In this document: in pieces, positions 10,772 to 20,841 of the stretch
Layout of the letters: the number at the start of each line of letters is the position of its first letter
Numbering within the stretch: position 1 is the first letter of the stretch
NCBI GenBank assembly: GCA_963674595.2
Contig: CAXXFV010000001.1
Location: 1 to 64,000, forward strand
Reading direction: 5' to 3'
DNA length: 64,000 nucleotides
DNA from: a bacterium
GTDB taxonomy: Bacteria; Zhuqueibacterota; Zhuqueibacteria; Residuimicrobiales; Krinioviventaceae
Translations under genes and position numbers: made by a program
The notes under the pieces: model-generated
What the model saw: only the letters and a program-made list of their open reading frames with translations
Told to the model about the DNA's origin: nothing
The model's database searches: none

Positions 10772-11034
10772 GAATGGCTGCTTATTTTAGCTAAAATGTC
10801 CCTTATATGACACAAAATTAAAATTTTGTCGTTTTATTTTTCCTATAGAAAATCTGGTGGGCGTTAAGGATTTAGTCGGTTGGCTAAGTTTATTATAAAC
10901 ATCAAGTTGTTTTTGTGGCAGTGTGAAATGATTTGGTCTTTTTAGGAACGATTTTTGCTTAGAGTGTTTTAGTCTGTACAATTAAGTTCAATAAATATAT
11001 CCTGATAATATTGGTGAAAGGAATTTCTGACTCG

Positions 11035-14000
11035 ATGAAACAAGCAAAAATTTTGATTGTAGAGGATGAGAGCATTGTCGCAATGGAGATTGAAGAAAGG
11101 CTCTTGAGTGCTGGTTATCAAGTATGCGGAATCGTTGACACAGGAGAGAAAGCTATTGAAGTTTCTCTGCAAGAGCTTCCCGATCTTATTTTAATGGATA
11201 TTATGCTAAAGGGTAAAATGGACGGAATAGAAGCGGCCGGGCATATAAATTCGGTACGTTCTATTCCTGTTGTATTTGTAACGGCCAGTAGTGATGAAGC
11301 TACATTAGAAAGAAGTAAACAGACAGCTCCTTTTGGTTATATTATAAAACCTATTGAAGAACGTGAATTACGTACCATGATAGAGATGGTGCTCAATAGA
11401 AGCCGTTTGGAGAAAAAATTAAAAGAAAGTGAGCGGTGGCTGGCGACGACTTTAAACAGTATTGGAGATGCTGTTGTAACGTGTAATCGTCAAGGCAACA
11501 TTACCCTGTTAAATCCCGCTGCTGAAAGGCTTTTGGAAGTTAAAAGTTCAGATTTTAAAAACAAACAATTACACGATTTTGTTGCGATTGTTGATGAATA
11601 TACAAAAGAGGAATTTGATTGTTCAGCAAAAAAAATTATTGACGGCGAACAGGCTGTACATTATCCGGAATCAGCTCTCCTGGTTACTAAAGGGGGAACA
11701 GAAAAAAATATTGAAATTAACGCATCACCTTTACGCGATGCTGATGGAGAATTGATCGGCCTGGTTGTGGTCTTTAAAGATGTGACCGATAAAAGACTGG
11801 CAGAAAAAAAACTGGCCAAAGAAAGAAATTTGCTTAGAACATTGATTGATATTTTTCCGGGGTATGTTTACGCCAAAGACAGAGACGGTAAATATTTATT
11901 AAATAACACAACTCATGCAAGGCTTTCAGGAGTGGAAAATCCTGAAGATCTTTTAGGAAAGACTGTTTACGAATTCTTCCCGGAAGACGTAGCCCAAAGA
12001 TATCATATTGAAGATATTGAATTATTAGAAACAAAAAAGCCTTTACCTAATTATGACGAGTGGCTGGTTGACCATGACGGCAATAAAAGATTCTATTCTT
12101 CCAGTAAATTCTTTCTTAAAGATGAAAACAATGAGAAAAATATTATTGTTGGAATTGGAAAAGATAATACTGAAAAGTATTTTGCAGAAGAACAGATTAA
12201 AATTGAAAGAGATAAAGCACAAAAGTATCTGGATATTGCCGGTACAATTATTCTGATTTTAGAAAAAGATGAAACCGTTTCTTTAATAAACAAAAAGGGC
12301 AGCGAGGTTATTGGATTATCTCAAAAAGATATTATTGGTAAAAACTGGTTTGATAATTTTATAGCAATTAAAACCCGTGTAAAAATGAAAGAATATTTTA
12401 ATAAAATTGTCACCGGTCAGGCATCGGCTCGCGAAGCATACGAAAATTCTATTATTACATCCGACAATAAAGAAAGAATTATAACCTGGCATAATTCAAT
12501 TTTAAGAAATGAAAAAGGTGAGGTAATAGGCATACTAAGCTCCGGTGAAGATATTACAGAACAGAAATTATCTGAAAGAGCGATAAAGGAAAGTGAGTAT
12601 CGTTTACGAACCCAGAGTAAAGCTCTTATGCTTTTTAACCGGTATAAAAGGGACAAGGTCAATGATGTTGAAGCTGTAACACGTTATGCCATGAGAATAT
12701 CAGCCAGTGTGTTAAATGTAGAGAGAGTCAGTCTTTGGCTGCATGATGAAGTAAATAACCGGCTGGTTCTTAAATCACAGTTCCATGCACATGGGTATGA
12801 TGAGTGTGCTGTCAATAAATTATCTATATCTGATATTCCGGAATATTTTAAAGTCCTGAAACGGGAACGTATTATCACTGTAAATAATGTGGATAATGAT
12901 AATCGCGTCCATGAACTCCGTGATGCTTATCTCAAAAAAAATAATATAAAATCATTTATTGGCGTAACGCTTCGCAGTCCGTTTAAAATTATCGGCTGTT
13001 TGATTTTTCAATCATTAAACAACTATCAGGAATGGAGTTTGGATGAGCAAAATTTTGCCGGTTCTGTTGCAGATTTTATGTCGTTGAGTATGGAAGAAAA
13101 TCAAAGAAAACTGGCAGAAAAAGAGTTGATTGAATCTGAACGCAAGTACAGGCTTGTTGTTGACAATGCAAGAGAAGCTATTTTTATTATCCAGGACAGA
13201 CGTTTGAAATTCCCGAATCCTGCTGTTGTGGATTTGCTGGGATATTCTCCTGAAGAAGTTGTTACTAAAGATTTTAGTGAGTTCCTTGCACCGGAAGATT
13301 ATAATTTTGTGATGAATAATCATAAAAATCGATTGGAAGGAAAAGATTGTATCAATGCCTATTCATTTCGTATTATAACAAAAGAGGGACTTAAAATATG
13401 GGTCCAAATTAATATCGTGGATATTGAATGGGATGGTAAACCTGCCGTATTAAATTTTATGCGTGATATTACAGAACAAAAGCTTGCTGCAAAAGCCCTG
13501 CGCGAAAGTGAAGAGAAATTTAAAGCTATTAGTGAATCGGCGCATGATGCTATTATCATGATGGATAATAATGGTAATGTGACCTATTGGAATAAAGCTG
13601 CTGAAGATATTTTTGATATGCCAAGCAAGGAAGTTATTGGCAAACATTTACATTCTTTAATTGCCCCCAAAAAATATTATGAGAAATTTAGGAAGGCATT
13701 TTCCGTATTTCAGGAAACAGGAGAAGGTGCAACGATTGGAAAACTTGTAGAATTAACAGCGGTGAGAAAGAACGGTAACGAATTTCCTGTGGAACTTGCC
13801 ATATCTTCAGTAAAATTAAAAGATAAATGGAATGCCATTTGTATTTTACGTGATATTACTGAACGTAAAAATGCCGAAGAAGAATTGCAAAAATTATCTC
13901 AGGCTGTTCAGCAAAGTTCCAGTAGTATTATTATTACAGACCCCAAAGGAAATATTGAATTTGTAAATCCAAAGTTTATAGAGGTTTCTGGATATTCTTT

Positions 14001-16299
14001 CCAGGAAGTCATCGGCAAAACACCACGAATTTTGAAATCCGGTGAACAGTCTAATGATTTTTACCTAAATCTTTGGCAAAAAATTTCCAGTGGACAGGAA
14101 TGGCATGGTGAATTTTGCAATCGTAAAAAGAATGGTGAAAAGTATTGGGAATCGGCATCAATTTCTCCAATAGTTGATAAAAAGGGTAAAATAACCCACT
14201 TTATCGGCATAAAGGAGGATATTACTGAAAGAAAACAAATTGAAGCGGATCTTGCCTATGAGAGAGACCTGTTGCATTCATTAATGGACAATATACCTGA
14301 CACCATTTATTTTAAAGATATGGATTGCCGTTTTACCCGTATTAATAAGGCACAGGCAAAGGTCCTTGGTGTTTCTGAACCGGAAGATGCAATCGGATAT
14401 ACGGATTATGACTTTTTTAATGACGAACATTCCCGTCAATCTTTTGTTGATGAAAAAAATATTCTTGAAACCGGAAAGGCTATTATTGGTAAAGTAGAGT
14501 GTCTGGGCGATGATCGTGAAACATTTCGCTGGGTTTCGGCAACAAAAATTCCTATTCATAAAAATGGTGAAATTCAGGGTTTGGTAGGTATTTCCAGAGA
14601 TATAACAGAAATTAAAAATGTTGCTCAGGAATTGGCTGATAAAAATAAAGCCCTGGATACCGCTTTAGTTAAAGCGGAAACCGCAACGCGTGCCAAATCT
14701 GAATTTTTGGCAAATATGAGCCACGAAATTCGAACACCTATGAATGCCATCGTGGGTATGACCGGGCTTTTAATAGATACGGAATTAACGGCTGAACAGC
14801 AGGAATATGTTGACACTATACGTTATGGAGGAGACAACCTCCTGGCTGTAATAAATGATATTTTGGATTTTTCAAAAATAGAGTCGGGTAAACTCGAAAT
14901 TGAAGAACACCCATTTGATATTCGTGATTGTGTTGAAGAGAGTCTTGATCTCCATACTTCGCAAGCAGCTGCAAAGGGACTTGAGATTGCCAGTTTTATA
15001 GAACATGATGTGCCAAAAATTTTGGTTAGTGATGTAACCAGGCTACGCCAGATTTTAAATAATTTAATTGCAAACTCGGTCAAGTTCACTGAAAAAGGTG
15101 AAGTATATATTTCTGCAAAAGTTAATAGCAGAGATAATGAATATTATGTTATAGAATTTTCTGTTAAAGACTCAGGTATTGGTATTCCTCCCGGGCGGCT
15201 GGAACGGCTTTTTAAAGCTTTTTCTCAAGTCGATGCGTCAACAACCAGAAAATATGGCGGCACAGGTCTTGGACTTACAATATGTAAAAGACTCTGTGAA
15301 ATGTTAGGCGGAAAGATTTGGGTGGAAAGCCATGAAAATGTCGGTTCAACATTTTATTTTACGGTTAAAGCCCGGGCGGCAGTTGAAAGTGACATTCTAA
15401 TAAATGATCAAATTTCGGTTACTAAAGATAAACATCTTTTAATTGTTGATGATAATGAAACAAATCGAATTATTTTAATGCGTCAGGCCGAAGCCTGGGG
15501 AATGAAACATACGGCCACTGAATCACCAATTAAAGCGTTAAAGATGATTAAAAATGGCCATAATTTTGATTTGGCTATTTTTGACATGCAAATGCCAAAG
15601 ATGGATGGCCTGGAATTAGCTAATAAAGTTCGGGAAATAGAGCGTTATAAAGATTTACCAATTGTAATTTTAACATCAATTGGCCGTAAGGATGAAACCG
15701 ATAGGATTAAATCAGCCAGGTTGGCAAGTTTTATAACTAAACCAGTCAAACAATCTCAATTATATAATATTCTGATTAATATTTTAAATGACAATAATTA
15801 TTATCAGGACCGTACCCATAAACGTGATAAAGCCATTAATCCGGAGATGGCGGAAATTTTGCCTCTTCGCATTTTAATTGCTGAAGATAATGCTGTTAAC
15901 CAGAAATTGGCACTGCGAATATTACAAAAAATGGGTTATCGTGCTGATATTGCCGGGAATGGTTTGGAAGTCATCAAAGCGGTTGAACGGCAAAAGTTTG
16001 ATGTAATATTAATGGATGTACAGATGCCTGAAATGGATGGCTTGGAAGCAACTCAAATTCTATGCGAACGTTGGTCTCAGGGTGAACGTCCATATATTAT
16101 CGCAATGACGGCAAATGCAATGCAAGGTGATCGGGAAAAATGCCTGAATGCCGGTATGGATGATTATATCAGCAAACCAATGAAAATTGATGAACTGGTT
16201 AGGGCATTGACAAAAGTAGGGGAACTAAATGAAAAAGGCATACGTATTAAAACTAAGGAAAATACGACGATGCTGAATTATGAAACGAGTTCTCTATGA
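11035..16299 (+). CDS. Cytoplasmic hybrid histidine kinase: REC, 3 PAS, GAF, 4 PAS, HisKA/HATPase, 2 REC
   Basis: N-terminal ILIVEDE/PDLILMDI; repeated PAS/PAC ends (DITE); FLANMSHEIRTPMN; GGTGLGL; two C-terminal receivers (DMQMP, DVQMP). Confidence 0.92.
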   Translation: MKQAKILIVEDESIVAMEIEERLLSAGYQVCGIVDTGEKAIEVSLQELPDLILMDIMLKGKMDGIEAAGHINSVRSIPVVFVTASSDEATLERSKQTAPFGYIIKPIEERELRTMIEMVLNRSRLEKKLKESERWLATTLNSIGDAVVTCNRQGNITLLNPAAERLLEVKSSDFKNKQLHDFVAIVDEYTKEEFDCSAKKIIDGEQAVHYPESALLVTKGGTEKNIEINASPLRDADGELIGLVVVFKDVTDKRLAEKKLAKERNLLRTLIDIFPGYVYAKDRDGKYLLNNTTHARLSGVENPEDLLGKTVYEFFPEDVAQRYHIEDIELLETKKPLPNYDEWLVDHDGNKRFYSSSKFFLKDENNEKNIIVGIGKDNTEKYFAEEQIKIERDKAQKYLDIAGTIILILEKDETVSLINKKGSEVIGLSQKDIIGKNWFDNFIAIKTRVKMKEYFNKIVTGQASAREAYENSIITSDNKERIITWHNSILRNEKGEVIGILSSGEDITEQKLSERAIKESEYRLRTQSKALMLFNRYKRDKVNDVEAVTRYAMRISASVLNVERVSLWLHDEVNNRLVLKSQFHAHGYDECAVNKLSISDIPEYFKVLKRERIITVNNVDNDNRVHELRDAYLKKNNIKSFIGVTLRSPFKIIGCLIFQSLNNYQEWSLDEQNFAGSVADFMSLSMEENQRKLAEKELIESERKYRLVVDNAREAIFIIQDRRLKFPNPAVVDLLGYSPEEVVTKDFSEFLAPEDYNFVMNNHKNRLEGKDCINAYSFRIITKEGLKIWVQINIVDIEWDGKPAVLNFMRDITEQKLAAKALRESEEKFKAISESAHDAIIMMDNNGNVTYWNKAAEDIFDMPSKEVIGKHLHSLIAPKKYYEKFRKAFSVFQETGEGATIGKLVELTAVRKNGNEFPVELAISSVKLKDKWNAICILRDITERKNAEEELQKLSQAVQQSSSSIIITDPKGNIEFVNPKFIEVSGYSFQEVIGKTPRILKSGEQSNDFYLNLWQKISSGQEWHGEFCNRKKNGEKYWESASISPIVDKKGKITHFIGIKEDITERKQIEADLAYERDLLHSLMDNIPDTIYFKDMDCRFTRINKAQAKVLGVSEPEDAIGYTDYDFFNDEHSRQSFVDEKNILETGKAIIGKVECLGDDRETFRWVSATKIPIHKNGEIQGLVGISRDITEIKNVAQELADKNKALDTALVKAETATRAKSEFLANMSHEIRTPMNAIVGMTGLLIDTELTAEQQEYVDTIRYGGDNLLAVINDILDFSKIESGKLEIEEHPFDIRDCVEESLDLHTSQAAAKGLEIASFIEHDVPKILVSDVTRLRQILNNLIANSVKFTEKGEVYISAKVNSRDNEYYVIEFSVKDSGIGIPPGRLERLFKAFSQVDASTTRKYGGTGLGLTICKRLCEMLGGKIWVESHENVGSTFYFTVKARAAVESDILINDQISVTKDKHLLIVDDNETNRIILMRQAEAWGMKHTATESPIKALKMIKNGHNFDLAIFDMQMPKMDGLELANKVREIERYKDLPIVILTSIGRKDETDRIKSARLASFITKPVKQSQLYNILINILNDNNYYQDRTHKRDKAINPEMAEILPLRILIAEDNAVNQKLALRILQKMGYRADIAGNGLEVIKAVERQKFDVILMDVQMPEMDGLEATQILCERWSQGERPYIIAMTANAMQGDREKCLNAGMDDYISKPMKIDELVRALTKVGELNEKGIRIKTKENTTMLNYETSSL

Positions 16300-16320
16300 T
16301 CTCTATTTTTGGAGGTAGTG

Positions 16321-16680
16321 ATGAATGGGATGATCATCGACAAAGAAAAACTTTTATCCAGCTTGAATAACAATCTGGATGCTTTGTGGGAAATCGGTGA
16401 TATTTTTTTGGAAGAATTTCCTGTGTTTGTAGCTAAAATTCATATAGCTATAAAACGCAAAGATGCTGAAACATTAAGAGATGCTGCTCATGCATTAAAA
16501 GGTGCTGCCATGAATATAGCCGCCCACTCTGCATCTATTGCAGCTCAAAAATTAGAAATATTTGCCTGGGACGAAGACTTTGAACAGGCTGAAGCAGCAT
16601 TGAACTTGTTATTGAAGGAATTGGAAAAAGTAAGATGCGAGCTCAAAATGATGGGTGTTGAGCCCGCACATGTTGAATAG
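16321..16680 (+). CDS. Hpt (histidine phosphotransfer) protein
   Basis: AAHALKGAAMNIAA motif; directly downstream of the hybrid kinase; ATG after GGAGG. Confidence 0.88.
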   Translation: MNGMIIDKEKLLSSLNNNLDALWEIGDIFLEEFPVFVAKIHIAIKRKDAETLRDAAHALKGAAMNIAAHSASIAAQKLEIFAWDEDFEQAEAALNLLLKELEKVRCELKMMGVEPAHVE

Positions 16681-16704
16681 TATATTATTTGACAAAATTT
16701 GTTA

Positions 16705-18399
16705 TCATTGCGTTAAACCGATGATCCGGTAATTAAATTCATAAGCAAGGCTGCGGCTCCACGTATCATCAAAAAGAGTTTTGTACCGCGTTCCATCGGC
16801 AGGTCCTACAGGTTTTCCATAGGTGAAAAACCAGTTAATAATCGGACTACCTGTAAAACCCATGGCCATCCAATAACGCCCCGGGGATAGTATGATTCCG
16901 TCTGCAAAATTAAAATCCACCCAGTTATAACCCGAAGTATATGGAATTTGCGCAAGCGGCATAAAATCACTTGTCGCTATGTATTGGCCGGGCTTGCCAT
17001 TATTATCATCTTTATATATTTCTATCCATAATTGCCCGTCTCCACCAAAATTATGTAATGCCAAACCGGTTTTAGTCACTTTAACAGGTTTTTTAAGAAT
17101 GAATGTTTGTGCATATTGATTTCCGCGCGTTGTTACATATTCGGCTGTTTCTACCAAAAAGTTTTTGCGCATTTCCATTTGTCCTCCGGCTGTTTGCTGG
17201 GCCGGACCACGGGGTGATAAAAAATCGATCTTTTCAGGAAATTCCAGATTACCAAAAATAAAAGGTTTTCGATAATTAATTTGTTTCAATTTCTCCGGTG
17301 GTATGGCAGGCGGCGGGGGAGGAGGCGGAGGAACTGTTATCTTTGTAAACGATGCCTTTACCGGCGGCACAAAAAGGGTCTTTTGGGGGCCGTACTGCTG
17401 TTTTTGGGCATTTAATTGAATCTGGTCAGATACAAAATTAGCATCTACAACTTCTTCAAATCGCGGGGTACCGCTTTGTCCTTTTTTTTGTGTCCAGCGT
17501 ATCAAACCATCGTTTGCCGTTTCTTCATTATCCATGCCTATTTCAACACGAATAAAACGGTTGCTTACATAAAGTGCTGTTTGCTGAGGATCAAAAGGAA
17601 CCCAGCCTAAATCCGGAAAGTAGACTTCAATCCATGAATGCCGACCTTGCGCCATTCGTAATGTCATAACCCCTCCGGAGGTCCTGACATCATAGGGTTG
17701 TTTAAGGGTTACACCGTTAACAATTCGTGCCGGAATGCCGACTGACCGCATTAAGGCTGCCGCAAGATGTGAATAGTTTTGGCAATTCCCTTTTCCGGTT
17801 TGAAAGGAGTACAAAGCTTCATAGCTTTTGGGGACGAGCACATAACTCATGTGGTCCACTACCCAGGCTAATATTTTTTGTACAGCGTCAAATTCAGTTT
17901 TCGAACCTGTCGTCAGTGCCTTTGCCTTGGCAATAATTTGTGAATTATTTGAAGGAACCTGGTTTGTTGCCTGCAAATATACTTTTTCATTTGATGGAAT
18001 GTTTGTCAGTGGGAATGGTGCGCCGGTTTCGATTTGACCGAGCTTTGTCGAATTTAGGGCTGTTAACGAGATTGTGGTTGTTATCGGTTGACCGGGATTT
18101 TTCCATGTCATTTTAACTATTTTGTTACCACGGTTGTCTGTACTTTCGTCCTGACTGTTCGGATTAATTGATGAACTTAGATTAAAATTCATAATTTTTT
18201 GATTATAGGTCGGAGAGCTGTAGGATGCCGGGATAACATAACTTAATACCAGTTTTTGTGTGCCGGATGCCGGCACGACTTTTTGCGTCATCTGGTAGCT
18301 TATTTGTGATTCCTGCCCACCATTGATAAGATAGTTTTCAGCATACACAAAAGATGTGATGCATAAAATAATTGATAAAAGTTTGGCTAGGTATCTCAT
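16705..18399 (-). CDS. Exported transglutaminase-like (Cys-His-Asp) protein with poly-Pro linker and extra C-terminal domain
   Basis: Signal peptide; GKGNCQNYSHL, GIPARIVNG, HSWIEVY, WVPFDP; PPPPPPPP linker. Confidence 0.82.
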   Translation of the reverse strand: MRYLAKLLSIILCITSFVYAENYLINGGQESQISYQMTQKVVPASGTQKLVLSYVIPASYSSPTYNQKIMNFNLSSSINPNSQDESTDNRGNKIVKMTWKNPGQPITTTISLTALNSTKLGQIETGAPFPLTNIPSNEKVYLQATNQVPSNNSQIIAKAKALTTGSKTEFDAVQKILAWVVDHMSYVLVPKSYEALYSFQTGKGNCQNYSHLAAALMRSVGIPARIVNGVTLKQPYDVRTSGGVMTLRMAQGRHSWIEVYFPDLGWVPFDPQQTALYVSNRFIRVEIGMDNEETANDGLIRWTQKKGQSGTPRFEEVVDANFVSDQIQLNAQKQQYGPQKTLFVPPVKASFTKITVPPPPPPPPAIPPEKLKQINYRKPFIFGNLEFPEKIDFLSPRGPAQQTAGGQMEMRKNFLVETAEYVTTRGNQYAQTFILKKPVKVTKTGLALHNFGGDGQLWIEIYKDDNNGKPGQYIATSDFMPLAQIPYTSGYNWVDFNFADGIILSPGRYWMAMGFTGSPIINWFFTYGKPVGPADGTRYKTLFDDTWSRSLAYEFNYRIIGLTQ

Positions 18400-18496
18400 A
18401 TTGAATCCTCACAATAGTTTTTTTTCATTCTGAAATATAGCTGTATTGACAAATCATGTCAATAGAAAAGAGTAAAATTATTTATTAATAAATAAA

Positions 18497-18642
18497 TGTT
18501 GAAAATTTTTTATTAAATATGCGATTTGTGTTGAAAATTTAAACTATCACTGTTTAAATTTTAATCATGTTTAATTATTTGTTTTTGTTTGTTTTGTTGT
18601 GATTTGCATCATTTAGTGATTAAAGTGTTTAATTTTTCAATA
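18497..18642. promoter_or_regulatory. Four 17-bp TGT-N11-(ACA-like) quasi-palindromes, candidate enhancer-binding protein sites
   Basis: tgttgaaaattttttat (18497), tgttgaaaatttaaact (18529), tgtttaaattttaatca (18551), tgtttaatttttcaata (18626); about 110-255 nt upstream of a sigma54-like box; background is very AT-rich. Confidence 0.4.
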
Positions 18643-18751
18643 GCAAAATAATATTTTATAAATTTGACCGTTTATTGTTTTAATGGTGTAACTAATTTAA
18701 ATATAAAATGTTATCCTGGTGTGTTCTGTGTCATGTTTTTGTTAAAATTTG

Positions 18752-18766
18752 TGGCATTGAATTTGT
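18752..18766 (+). promoter_or_regulatory. Sigma54 promoter candidate for the GcvH-like/HybAB operon
   Basis: TGGCAT-TGAAT-TTGT: correct spacing but GT instead of GC at -12; a GAFTGA activator is encoded in the locus. Confidence 0.45.
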
Positions 18767-18809
18767 TTTAGAACAAGTGAAAAATTTAACTTTTATAAGG
18801 AGAATAGTC

Positions 18810-19427
18810 GTGGTTTTTTTAATCGTTTTTGTCATGTTTGCTCTTTTTATTTTAGCAAGTTATATCGTTGATAAAAAGAAAAGAGTATCTGCAAGCACTT
18901 CGTTTGTAGAAAAAAATCAAACCGTAGAACAGGGATTGTATTTACATCCCAGTCACTCTTTTGTAAAAATACAAAACGGTGCTGTCGCTCAGGTTGGTTA
19001 TGATGAATTTACTAAAAAAGCGTTTGGTAACATCCATGTTAATCACCTCGCTGCTGAAAACCAGCAAATTAAGCAGGGTGATGTTCTATGGCAATTACAG
19101 ATAGGGGAACGTACCATACGGCAGCGTGCACCGCTGAGTGGTACTGTTGTCAAGATAAATTCCGACAGCAATAAAAAGGATTGGTTGCTGGAAATGAAAC
19201 CGGAAAATATCAAAGAGGAAATCGTAAATCTGATCCAGGGAGACGCCATTGCGCTCTGGCTCAAAAATGCACGGATTCAATTTTTAAATTTACTAAATCA
19301 TAATATTGTTCCGGCCATGCAGGACGGCGGTGAATTGGTGGATGGTTTTGCAAAACATTTGACCGATGAACAGTGGAAAGTATTTTGCCGGGATTTTTTT
19401 AACTGTGACTGTGAAGAAATGGAGTAA
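18810..19427 (+). CDS. Membrane-anchored GcvH-like protein 1, no lipoyl Lys
   Basis: GTG after AAGGAG; N-terminal TM; YLHPSHSFV, VGYDEF, APLSGTVVKIN, WLLEMKP (GcvH fold); C-terminal MQDGG. Confidence 0.75.
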   Translation: MVFLIVFVMFALFILASYIVDKKKRVSASTSFVEKNQTVEQGLYLHPSHSFVKIQNGAVAQVGYDEFTKKAFGNIHVNHLAAENQQIKQGDVLWQLQIGERTIRQRAPLSGTVVKINSDSNKKDWLLEMKPENIKEEIVNLIQGDAIALWLKNARIQFLNLLNHNIVPAMQDGGELVDGFAKHLTDEQWKVFCRDFFNCDCEEME

Positions 19428-19432
19428 TTATC

Positions 19433-20077
19433 ATGGTAGTATTATTTTTTATAGCAATGATTTCTGTTTGCCTGATTGTTGATTTTTTTATTCAGCATAG
19501 AAAAGCCAAGTTGCTGCCTGCCGAAAACCAAATGGCAAGAGAGCAGTTTAATCCTTTGCTCAATATTAAAAATGGTCTTTTCTACGGAAAAGGACATTTA
19601 TGGAACCGTTTAACAACAGATGGTTATTTATATATGGGAATCGACCCGTTTCTTGTCAATGCATTTGGCGATATCAAAAAGGTCAGCACACCCACAGCAG
19701 GTGAATATGTCCAGGAAGGCAAGTCCCTGTTAACATTGGAAAATGGTGATAAAAAGCTGCAAATCAACGCACCTTTTGATGCAACCGTTGAAGAAACTTT
19801 TACCCGGGATGGAAATATTGGCTTTGATCAATGGGTGATCAAGGTAAAACCAACAGATATTTCATCATCACTAACCCAGTTTAAAATAGGTGAGAACGCC
19901 TTAAAATGGATGAAAAGTGAAATAGACCGTTTTAAAGAATTTTTAAATATTCAATTTCAAACAACTCCTGCACTGGTTTTACAGGATGGTGGTACGCCGG
20001 TTAAGGGTGTGTTACAGCAAATGGATAATAACATTTTAAATGAATTTGAGAATGAGTTTTTACGCCACGTATCTTGA
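19433..20077 (+). CDS. Membrane-anchored GcvH-like protein 2, no canonical lipoyl site
   Basis: N-terminal TM; FYGKGHLW, MGIDPF, APFDATV, WVIKVKP; C-terminal LQDGG. Confidence 0.75.
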   Translation: MVVLFFIAMISVCLIVDFFIQHRKAKLLPAENQMAREQFNPLLNIKNGLFYGKGHLWNRLTTDGYLYMGIDPFLVNAFGDIKKVSTPTAGEYVQEGKSLLTLENGDKKLQINAPFDATVEETFTRDGNIGFDQWVIKVKPTDISSSLTQFKIGENALKWMKSEIDRFKEFLNIQFQTTPALVLQDGGTPVKGVLQQMDNNILNEFENEFLRHVS

Positions 20078-20091
20078 CAGGAAGACCCGGT

Positions 20092-20832
20092 ATGAAAAAT
20101 TATATATTAACAGATATAACAAAATGTATTGGTTGTAAAGCGTGTGCTCTGGCTTGTAAAGAAATAAACCAGCTTTCAAAAGACGTTTCACCGGATGAAC
20201 TAAGTGCCCATACATGGACAATTGTAGACCGCAAGAAGGGTTATAATGTTCGCCGCCAATGTATGCATTGTGAGGACCCGGCGTGTGCATCTGCCTGTCC
20301 GGTTGGAGCTTTTACAAAAACAGAAACAGGCGCTGTAATATATGACGAAGATAAATGTATGGGCTGTCGATATTGTATGGTGGCCTGTCCGTTTGGTATC
20401 CCCAAATACGAATGGGAAAAGGCTTTGCCGCGTGTTCAAAAATGTATTTTATGCTATGAAAAGGCGCTGAAAAAAGGTGAACAACCGGCATGTACAAAAG
20501 CCTGCCCCACGGGTGCTACCATTTTTGGGGATAAAAATTCGATTATTAAAGAAGCATACTCCAGACTGGAAAAATATCCGGACCGGTATGTTAATAATAT
20601 TTATGGATTAAAGGAGGCGGGCGGAACATCCGTACTCTATTTATCTCCTGTCCCCATGTCGGAATTGGGTTTTCCTGCCGAAATGCAGGGCGATTCCTAT
20701 CCAAAGTTGACATGGAATGTTTTATCAAAAATTCCAAATGTAGTTAGTGTTGCCGGTGTGGCTTTATTCGGTACCTGGTGGATTATCAATCGGCGAATGA
20801 AATTAGCAGATACTGAAAACGATGAAAATTAA
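20092..20832 (+). CDS. HybA/FdoH-like 4x[4Fe-4S] ferredoxin subunit with C-terminal TM anchor
   Basis: CIGCKACALAC, CMHCEDPACASACP, CMGCRYCMVACP, CILC...PACTKACP; YGLKEAGGTSVLY; C-terminal hydrophobic helix; no Tat signal. Confidence 0.88.
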   Translation: MKNYILTDITKCIGCKACALACKEINQLSKDVSPDELSAHTWTIVDRKKGYNVRRQCMHCEDPACASACPVGAFTKTETGAVIYDEDKCMGCRYCMVACPFGIPKYEWEKALPRVQKCILCYEKALKKGEQPACTKACPTGATIFGDKNSIIKEAYSRLEKYPDRYVNNIYGLKEAGGTSVLYLSPVPMSELGFPAEMQGDSYPKLTWNVLSKIPNVVSVAGVALFGTWWIINRRMKLADTENDEN

Positions 20833-20841
20833 AATACTCAA

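Noticed and set aside
10787-10981. 64-aa minus-strand ORF and an acaaaatt/aattttgt inverted repeat in the nagB-kinase intergenic region
   Set aside because: No RBS or motif; a short AT-rich palindrome is expected by chance
18708-18809. Track's N-terminal extension of GcvH-like protein 1
   Set aside because: It overlaps the sigma54-like box; the RBS and the paralog's N-terminus point to GTG 18810
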